Position numbers and translations under genes: made by a program | DNA from: Methanobacteriota archaeon | Lineage (GTDB): Archaea > Thermoplasmatota > E2 > DHVEG-1 | Reading direction: 5' to 3' | Assembly: GCA_017885605.1 (NCBI GenBank) | Contig: JAFNFT010000037.1 | Location: 389-50,344, forward strand | DNA length: 49,956 nucleotides | Part shown: piece after piece, positions 1 to 7,184 of the stretch | How the letters are laid out: every line of letters starts with the position of its first letter | Position numbering within the stretch: position 1 is the stretch's first letter | The notes under the pieces: generated by a model | What the model saw: the letters and a program-made list of their open reading frames with translations, nothing else | The model's database searches: none | Told to the model about the DNA's origin: nothing

Positions 1-2
1 AA

Positions 3-611
3 ATTTTAGAAAAGGGGTTAACAAAGCAACAATTACGAGAAATTTTTATAAATTATTCAATACCGACTTGGGGACAATTAGTCGGTGATTCGAACAATAC
101 AGATCCTATTAAGGTCTATTCAAGGTCTGATCCATGTGGAGCTGCTGAGGCCTGGGTGAAATATCTTGGTGATTATACACAAGATGATATTCCCACAATC
201 GAAGAAATAACAAAAGTAAAAGGCGATGACTCAATGTCAAAATCAATCGCAAGTGACCCCCTTGGAATTGGATACAGCAATATCAACTATATCTATTCAA
301 ACACAACAAAAGCACCCAGAGAAGGAATAGCGGTGGTTCCTCTCGATCTCAATGAGAACGGTACGATTGACCCTGAAGAGAATTTTTACCAAAGCAGGGA
401 CGACATAGTCAATGCAGAGATAAACGACGCGTTACCCTCCCCGCCATCACGCTTGGTATATCTGGTTACATTGAACAACTTTACAGGAATAACAAAAGAT
501 TTCGTCACGTGGATCTTAACCGATGGACAACAATACACCTTCGATAACGGATATAGCGCTGTGCCAATTGATATCGTCGATGACCAGTTACAAATACTCG
601 AAGGCGAATAA
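3..611 (+). CDS. pstS: Phosphate ABC transporter substrate-binding protein PstS (5'-truncated by window edge)
   Basis: Frame is open from base 3 (ILEKGLTKQQLREIF...VYSRSDPCGAAEAW...GIGYSNINY...PSPPSRLVYLVT). Lies directly upstream of pstC/pstA/pstB. Confidence 0.88.
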   Translation: MLEKGLTKQQLREIFINYSIPTWGQLVGDSNNTDPIKVYSRSDPCGAAEAWVKYLGDYTQDDIPTIEEITKVKGDDSMSKSIASDPLGIGYSNINYIYSNTTKAPREGIAVVPLDLNENGTIDPEENFYQSRDDIVNAEINDALPSPPSRLVYLVTLNNFTGITKDFVTWILTDGQQYTFDNGYSAVPIDIVDDQLQILEGE

Positions 612-665
612 AGGAGAACGAAATAAAATATCTCGTTTCTCATCATCATAACAAACCAATACAGG

Positions 666-1730
666 ATGAATATGCCTCCTAGAACCATACGTGGTATGTT
701 AAAAAATAAATTGGTACTAGTCGGTATATTATCCCTTTTTCTTTCGTTTATTTTTTTATTTCTTTTTAGCAATTTCTTCCTTTTTGCGTTGTTCCTAATA
801 ATATTCATTATTTTGTTGGTATATAATTTTATAAAGGTTTCAAGAAAACTCTATGATGCGTTAGGTACCCGACTAATGTTATTGGCCACCGTATCTGTGA
901 TTTTTTTATTTTTCTTACTATTGTTAATCCTCATAAACGGCTCGATCAACATATTAAGTGATCAATCCCTCTCTGATCTCATATTTTCCTCGACATGGAA
1001 ACCTTTCTCTGGTAAATTTGGCCTTTTTGCAGTAATCGTAGACACGCTCATTGTCACCGCAATCTCTATGGTCATCGCGGTACCGATTTCATTACTCAGC
1101 GCCATTTATATCGCTGAATATGCTCCAAAAAAATTTAGAAATATCGTCAGGCCGTTCATTGATGTACTCGCCGGTGTACCTTCTGTTGTTTTTGGACTTT
1201 GTGCTCTTCTTGTGTTTGTCCCTTTAGTACGAGATGATATCGCACCATTTTTTGGAAGTAACATCAGCTCCGGATTCAGTTTATTCACCGCATCGTTGAT
1301 TTTATCAATTATGGTTTTCCCTATCATCATCTCATTATGCCTTGAATCGTTTAATTCTGTACCTATTGCATTAAAAGAAGCATCACTCTCTCTAGGAGCT
1401 ACGAAATGGGAGACAGTAAAAAAAGTCATCTTTCGTGCCGCTGGTCCTGGGGTACTAGCTGCGATATTCCTTGGATTTGGGAGAGCGTTTGGAGAGACAA
1501 TTGCGGTCAGTATGGTGATTGGAAACCAAGAACTCATCCCAAAATCTCTGTTTGGACCTGGTCAAACACTCGCCTCACTCATCGCTTCGAACTATACCGA
1601 GGTAAGTTCCATACCTATTCTCGCTTCAGCGCTCATTTTTGTCGCTTTAATACTTTTTGTTGTTGTCTTAATTTTCAATTTATTAGGGTATTTTGTCCTA
1701 CAAAGAGCGAGTAAGAGGTGGAAGTATTGA
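666..1730 (+). CDS. pstC: Phosphate ABC transporter permease PstC
   Basis: Multi-TM protein with LAGVPSVVFGL, EAA loop (KEASLSLGATKWET) and GRAFGETIAV motifs. Exact start uncertain. Confidence 0.93.
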   Translation: MNMPPRTIRGMLKNKLVLVGILSLFLSFIFLFLFSNFFLFALFLIIFIILLVYNFIKVSRKLYDALGTRLMLLATVSVIFLFFLLLLILINGSINILSDQSLSDLIFSSTWKPFSGKFGLFAVIVDTLIVTAISMVIAVPISLLSAIYIAEYAPKKFRNIVRPFIDVLAGVPSVVFGLCALLVFVPLVRDDIAPFFGSNISSGFSLFTASLILSIMVFPIIISLCLESFNSVPIALKEASLSLGATKWETVKKVIFRAAGPGVLAAIFLGFGRAFGETIAVSMVIGNQELIPKSLFGPGQTLASLIASNYTEVSSIPILASALIFVALILFVVVLIFNLLGYFVLQRASKRWKY

Positions 1731-2578
1731 ATAGACGGAACCTTGAAGAGAAAATATTTCTTGGGTTAATGCTAGCCTCAGTGTTCATCGTCATGGGGAG
1801 TTTAATACTCATTGTGACGGTTATTGTGCTGAACGGAGCCCCATCGCTTTCTATCGAAATACTCACCCAGACTTCTGAAGGAGGTTTTTACCTTGGAGCA
1901 GGTGGCGGTTTTCTCAACGCTATCGTCGGATCATTGCTCCTCGCGTTACCTGCCACCGGTCTAGCCTTTTTAATAGGCATCGCAATAGCTTTGTATCTTC
2001 AAAAAGATTTTTTAAAACCCGGTATTGCAAATTTTATTCGCATATGTCTTGATATTCTTTGGGGGGTCCCTTCAGTCGTGTATGGTGTGTTCTGCTTGAC
2101 TATTATGATAGCGATTGGAATGACTGGAGGATCTCTTCTCTTTGGGATTATCGCACTGACCTTACTTGAAATCCCGATTATCACTCGAAGCATCGATGAA
2201 TCAATAAAGATGGTTCCATCCGGATTAAAAGAAAGCGCCTATTCCCTGGGTTCCTCAAAATTTGAGACAGCTGCTAAGGTGGTTCGAAGACAAGCGATGC
2301 CAGGGATAATCGCTGGTGTTTTACTAGGATTCGGTAGGGGGATTGGTGATGCTGCATCGATATTGCTCACCGTAGGCGACTCGAATTATTTCCCTTCATC
2401 GATCTCCGATCAAACAGCAGCGCTACCAACGATGATACTCAATCTCGTCAGTATGCCAGACCAAGTTGTTCAAAATAAAGCGTACGCAGTCGCCTTCGTT
2501 TTATTAATGATCGTCTTATTAATTAGTATTATAACGAGGTATCTCACAAAAAAATCATCGAAATATATCATAAAATAA
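1718..2578 (+). CDS. pstA: Phosphate ABC transporter permease PstA
   Basis: LWGVPSVVYG, KESAYSLGSSKFET and GRGIGDAA motifs. Overlaps the pstC 3' end. Confidence 0.92.
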   Translation: MEVLNRRNLEEKIFLGLMLASVFIVMGSLILIVTVIVLNGAPSLSIEILTQTSEGGFYLGAGGGFLNAIVGSLLLALPATGLAFLIGIAIALYLQKDFLKPGIANFIRICLDILWGVPSVVYGVFCLTIMIAIGMTGGSLLFGIIALTLLEIPIITRSIDESIKMVPSGLKESAYSLGSSKFETAAKVVRRQAMPGIIAGVLLGFGRGIGDAASILLTVGDSNYFPSSISDQTAALPTMILNLVSMPDQVVQNKAYAVAFVLLMIVLLISIITRYLTKKSSKYIIK

Positions 2579-2596
2579 TAAAAAGAGGAATCGTAC

Positions 2597-3364
2597 ATGA
2601 ATAAGTCCAATACCATTCAAATAGAGACCAAAACTTTGAATGTCACCATTCATAATAATCCGGTGTTAAAGAATATCGACATTCAGATACCGGCCAAGCA
2701 GCTCACTGCTATTATCGGCCCATCCGGATGCGGGAAAACCACCTTGTTGAAATCATTTAACAGATTGTTGGAAATTCAAGATGGTATAAAAATACAGGGT
2801 GAGATCGTCGTCGATGGGATTAACATCATGTCAAGCGGGCTGAACGTCCCAGATATCCGGAAAAAGATGGGGCTGATCTCCCAGAAACCCTATCCATTAC
2901 CGATGTCGATCTTCGAAAACGTCGCATATGGACTGCGCATTCACCATGATAAAAATGCAAAGGAACTTGCGGAGGCAGTACAGAATTGTTTACAGGAAGT
3001 TGGTCTCTGGAATGAAGTCAAAGACCGAATGCATGATCCTGCCTCACGGCTCTCTGTTGGACAGCAACAGCGATTATGCCTAGCCAGAGCTATCGCAGTT
3101 CAACCAGAGGTAATATTATGTGATGAACCAACCTCTGCCCTTGATCCCATCGCTGCCCAGCAAATTGAAAAACTCCTGTTAAAATTAAAGAAAGACTTCA
3201 CTGTCATCCTTGTCACCCATACTCTGCGTCAGGCAAAACGAGTCGCTGATCACGTCATCTTCCTTTATTTCGGCAAGGTCATCGAACAAGGACCAGCTGC
3301 TGAATTTTTCAACAATCCAAAAAACCCTGAGACAAAAGCATATCTGGCTGGGGAAATAAGTTAG
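2597..3364 (+). CDS. pstB: Phosphate ABC transporter ATPase PstB
   Basis: Walker A GPSGCGKT, signature LSVGQQQRLCLARA, DEPTSALDP, QKPYPLPMSIFENVAYG. Confidence 0.95.
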   Translation: MNKSNTIQIETKTLNVTIHNNPVLKNIDIQIPAKQLTAIIGPSGCGKTTLLKSFNRLLEIQDGIKIQGEIVVDGINIMSSGLNVPDIRKKMGLISQKPYPLPMSIFENVAYGLRIHHDKNAKELAEAVQNCLQEVGLWNEVKDRMHDPASRLSVGQQQRLCLARAIAVQPEVILCDEPTSALDPIAAQQIEKLLLKLKKDFTVILVTHTLRQAKRVADHVIFLYFGKVIEQGPAAEFFNNPKNPETKAYLAGEIS

Positions 3365-3419
3365 TCATGCAACCTATTTAGCTCCCATATAATAATAATC
3401 ATATATACAAAGAAAAGAG

Positions 3420-3608
3420 GTGATAAGCCTGAAAATAGAACTCGATCAAGTGAAATGCATCAAAGAAACAGCGATTACCATCCGTGGTTCACGCAGACGA
3501 ATTACTGTTCCTTCTGAGGTAGTCGACCTCCTCAAGCTAAACGATGGTGATAAACTCAGATGGGTCGTACTGAATGACCGGACGATTACTCTTTCAAAAG
3601 TAAAATAA
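3420..3608 (+). CDS. AbrB/MazE/SpoVT-family small DNA-binding protein
   Basis: RRITVPSEVVDLLKLNDGDKLRW fits the swapped-hairpin AbrB pattern. 62 aa; start codon uncertain. Confidence 0.75.
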   Translation: MISLKIELDQVKCIKETAITIRGSRRRITVPSEVVDLLKLNDGDKLRWVVLNDRTITLSKVK

Positions 3609-3641
3609 AAATAAAAAAAAAGAATAGAACTTTAGTGTTGT

Positions 3642-4271
3642 TTAGTTCACATCAACTTCTTTTCCATATGCTTGTTTTGGTGTGATACTACTGGCTATCC
3701 CAGAAGCAACAGCCACCTTTATTGTGTCACCGATGATGAAAGGGACCAGGCCTATCAGCAGCAAACTCCAGATGTCGGTAAATGCTCCGGTAAAATAAAG
3801 CCAGCTCAATCCAAGTCCAAAGACAATTCCAAAATTCGCAAAGAACATCAACGCAAACATTGTCCAGTATTTCCGCGATCGAACGTAGGTATCGACACAA
3901 TATCCAAGGAAGAAAGCAGCAAGAACAAAGCCAATGAGGTATCCACAGGTCGGACCAATAAGATAGGCAAATCCTCCGTTCATCCCGGCAAACCATGGGA
4001 CTCCAGCTATACCCACACCAAGGTAAATACTCTGGCTAATACCACCCCACCATTTTCCAAGAACAACTGCACTTAGAACGACAGCAAACGTTTGTCCTGT
4101 CAGGGGAATAGGGGATCCTGGGAGATAAAACCGCACTTGTGCTAATAGTCCTGTCAAACAAGCAAAACTCACTGCAAGGATTACCTTATTATAGAATTCC
4201 AGTTGGTAGCGCCATTTGAAAAACGCATATCGAGCATATTTGTATTTATTCACATACATTGGTATTTCCAT
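3642..4271 (-). CDS. bioY: Biotin transporter BioY (ECF S component)
   Basis: PIPLTGQTFAV, GVPWFAG, GPTCGYLIGF and PFIIGDTIK motifs. ATG at 4271 follows a GAGGTTGA SD-like sequence. Confidence 0.9.
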   Translation of the reverse strand: MEIPMYVNKYKYARYAFFKWRYQLEFYNKVILAVSFACLTGLLAQVRFYLPGSPIPLTGQTFAVVLSAVVLGKWWGGISQSIYLGVGIAGVPWFAGMNGGFAYLIGPTCGYLIGFVLAAFFLGYCVDTYVRSRKYWTMFALMFFANFGIVFGLGLSWLYFTGAFTDIWSLLLIGLVPFIIGDTIKVAVASGIASSITPKQAYGKEVDVN

Positions 4272-4478
4272 ATAAATCAACCTCTTTGAGGAGGAAATTC
4301 ATGAGGTGTAACAGATACTGCTAAAAGAAGTTTTTGCCTCTTTTTTCTAAATTTTTCAGAGAATGATGGTAGTATCCTGGGAGATTTCCCTTCTTTGTTT
4401 TTATGACTTCTACCAGATATTCATTCCCTTCTTTTTTAAGAGAAACATAATTAAAGAATTCCTACTATACGACTGCGC

Positions 4479-5747
4479 ATGGTTCAAGTACCTCGAGGAA
4501 CACGAGATTTTCCTCCAGATGAAATGCAGAAACGTCGCTATTTAGAACACAACATGGCTGCGACATTTACCTCATTTGGGTACGGTGAAATCCAGACACC
4601 CACCTTTGAGAACTTAGAACTCTTCACCGCGAAATCCGGGGAATCCATCATCAATGAACTCTACGCGTTTACCGATAAAGGAGGACGAGCATTAGCGTTA
4701 CGACCAGAGCTAACCGCTCCAGTGATCCGTTGCTACGTCGAACGATTACAGATGGAGCCAAAACCACTCAAGTTATTCTATTTTGGGAATTGCTACCGCT
4801 ACGACCGACCACAGAAAGGAAGGTACCGGGAGTTTCAACAAGCAGGTTGCGAAGTCATCGGAACAGATACCTGCGAAGCAACCGCAGAATTACTCGCCCT
4901 TGCCTATACCCTCCTCAGAAATACAGGTTTGAAAAATATTCGACTGAACATTGGGAATCTTACTATAATCAGTGCTATTTTCAAAAAATTACATCTCCTC
5001 AAAGACGATCAAAAAATACTCCTACCGTTAATCGATAAATCCCAATTTGATGATTTAAAAATAGCTCTGAGAGACTGTAATGTCTCTGACCAGATGGGAG
5101 ACGCGTTCATTGAGGTCCTTCAAACATCAGATGTCACCAAAATCCGCTCGTTTATCGCTGATGATACTGATGCCAAAACAGAACTTACTACCATGGAGAC
5201 AATCCTTGATCTCCTGAAAAACGCATTTCATATCAATGAATATGAAATAAAATTAAGTATCGTACGAGGTCTTGATTATTACAAAGGTTTAGTATTTGAA
5301 ATCGATGCACCAGTCCTCGGAGCAGAAAAACAACTCTGCGGAGGAGGCTCCTACGATCTAGTCCCCCTGTTCGGCGGTACCGAAGTCCCGACATCAGGTT
5401 TTGCTATAGGTTTTGACAGAACCATCCTTGCTCTTGAAGAAGAAGGGTTTCTCTTTCCAACCCCGAAACTTGATGTGTTCATCATCCCCGTAAATCAAAC
5501 CATGAATACGATATCTATCCAGATTGCCCAAGAGTTACGAAGCCATGGTATTTCAGCTGATTTTGATCAGCTCAGACGAGGTGTCGGGAAATCCTTGAAA
5601 TATGCAGATGCTAAACATGTTGAAAAGGTCATCATTGTTGGACCAAAAGAACTGGAGAACAAAACAGTGACACTCCGAGATATGAAAACAGGGAACCAAG
5701 AAATAGTTGCACTACCAGACATCTACACAAAACTCAAAAAAATCTAA
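4479..5747 (+). CDS. hisS: Histidine--tRNA ligase
   Basis: PRGTRDF, LRPELTAP, RYDRPQKGRYREFQQ, VRGLDYY, GGGSYD and a C-terminal anticodon-binding domain. Confidence 0.97.
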   Translation: MVQVPRGTRDFPPDEMQKRRYLEHNMAATFTSFGYGEIQTPTFENLELFTAKSGESIINELYAFTDKGGRALALRPELTAPVIRCYVERLQMEPKPLKLFYFGNCYRYDRPQKGRYREFQQAGCEVIGTDTCEATAELLALAYTLLRNTGLKNIRLNIGNLTIISAIFKKLHLLKDDQKILLPLIDKSQFDDLKIALRDCNVSDQMGDAFIEVLQTSDVTKIRSFIADDTDAKTELTTMETILDLLKNAFHINEYEIKLSIVRGLDYYKGLVFEIDAPVLGAEKQLCGGGSYDLVPLFGGTEVPTSGFAIGFDRTILALEEEGFLFPTPKLDVFIIPVNQTMNTISIQIAQELRSHGISADFDQLRRGVGKSLKYADAKHVEKVIIVGPKELENKTVTLRDMKTGNQEIVALPDIYTKLKKI

Positions 5748-5765
5748 CCAACTAAAGGATCTCCC

Positions 5766-6281
5766 ATGAAAAAAAAAGTTTTTATCATAGATACCTCAGC
5801 GATTCTCTCGGGAAAACCAATCTCCATTACCGAAGCTACGATCGTCACAACACCAGGTGTTTCTGACGAATTTAACCCTGGTGGTCGAGATTTCCGTACT
5901 TTTGAATTACTCAAAGAAACAGGTCTGACAATTCAGGCACCATCAAAAGAAGCAATAAATTCTGTGAAACAAACAGCCCAAGAAACTGGTGATGATCGTC
6001 GACTTTCTATCGCAGATATTGAGATCGTGGCGTTAGCTCTTGATATCAACAAAAAACCTGATTGCGAGGCAACCATTCTTAGTGATGATTATTCAATTCA
6101 GAATGTCGCATCAACATTGAATATCAAGTTTCAAGGTTTCCTGCAAAAAGAAATAACAAAAAAGTTTAAATGGGTCTCTCGTTGTCCAGGGTGCGGAAAA
6201 CAATTCAACGAGACAAAAAAAATCTGTCCTATCTGTGGAACAGCAACGAAAAACTCTCTATCGCAGAAAAAAAATCTTTGA
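5766..6281 (+). CDS. nob1: Nob1-family PIN endonuclease (16S rRNA maturation)
   Basis: PIN motifs IIDTSAIL, TGD..RLS.AD and SDDYSIQNVA, plus a C-terminal Zn ribbon CPGC...CPICG. Confidence 0.9.
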   Translation: MKKKVFIIDTSAILSGKPISITEATIVTTPGVSDEFNPGGRDFRTFELLKETGLTIQAPSKEAINSVKQTAQETGDDRRLSIADIEIVALALDINKKPDCEATILSDDYSIQNVASTLNIKFQGFLQKEITKKFKWVSRCPGCGKQFNETKKICPICGTATKNSLSQKKNL

Positions 6282-6293
6282 TTGTGTGAATAC

Positions 6294-7106
6294 ATGAACC
6301 TCAAAGAAATGTTTATAAAATTTTGGAAAAGCGAAGACAATAAAATTTCGATTATTCGTGATGTCCTTGTTGCACTTCTTGCTGTCTTAATTATTTTAAT
6401 ATTTTTATGGGGCTATACCGGCCAATGGTTCGCTGCTCCAATGGTTGCAATAGAATCTGGGAGCATGGAACATCCCAATTCACCGTTTGGTCGATTAGGA
6501 ACAATTGATGCAGGTGATATGGTTCTTGTCCAGAAAGTGACGAAGGGAAGTGATGTCATCCCCCATGGTGGTACGATTACAGGTGCAGAAGCAGAAAATG
6601 GCTGGCAAACCTATGGTGACTATGGGGACGTAATTATCTATAAACCTCTCGGACGTACAGATGTGTCGCAGATTATTCATCGATCCATGTGCTGGGTTGA
6701 TGTCTATCACATAAACGGTGTTACAACCTATACGATTGCTGATTATGGTATCTACAACACAACAAGTCTTACCATTGCTCATTTAGGATTGTACAACCGG
6801 GATCCAGGATGGACCCACTCAGGTTTTCTTACAAAAGGAGATAATAATGAGATTATAGATCAGATTACCGATATCTGTCCTGAGCCTGTTCAATTGGATT
6901 GGATATCTGGTAAGGCTCGACTTGAGATACCCTGGCTTGGAGCTATTAACCTCTTCTTTGAAGATATTCTGCATGGAAAGAATACGATTGGTAACGTTCA
7001 TCAGGATAGTTTGATTTGTCTTGGTGTCGTGATTGCGGTCCTTGTATCTATACCAATTATTCTTGATGTGTATGAGTATATGAAGAAACGCAAAAAAACG
7101 GTTTAA
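6294..7106 (+). CDS. Signal peptidase I, archaeal S26B/Sec11 type
   Basis: N-terminal TM, catalytic Ser in ESGSMEH, His in IIHR, TKGDNN box, C-terminal TM. Confidence 0.88.
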   Translation: MNLKEMFIKFWKSEDNKISIIRDVLVALLAVLIILIFLWGYTGQWFAAPMVAIESGSMEHPNSPFGRLGTIDAGDMVLVQKVTKGSDVIPHGGTITGAEAENGWQTYGDYGDVIIYKPLGRTDVSQIIHRSMCWVDVYHINGVTTYTIADYGIYNTTSLTIAHLGLYNRDPGWTHSGFLTKGDNNEIIDQITDICPEPVQLDWISGKARLEIPWLGAINLFFEDILHGKNTIGNVHQDSLICLGVVIAVLVSIPIILDVYEYMKKRKKTV

Positions 7107-7184
7107 ACATAGAATGAGATCTTCGATGATGCTTTCTCTTTTCTAGGATGAACTGTTTACGTTTCCTGTGCAAATATAATTTTT

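Noticed and set aside
4272-4478. BirA operator or SD-sequestering hairpin upstream of bioY
   Set aside because: No convincing palindrome; the CCTC-TTT-GAGG hairpin has only a 4-bp stem.
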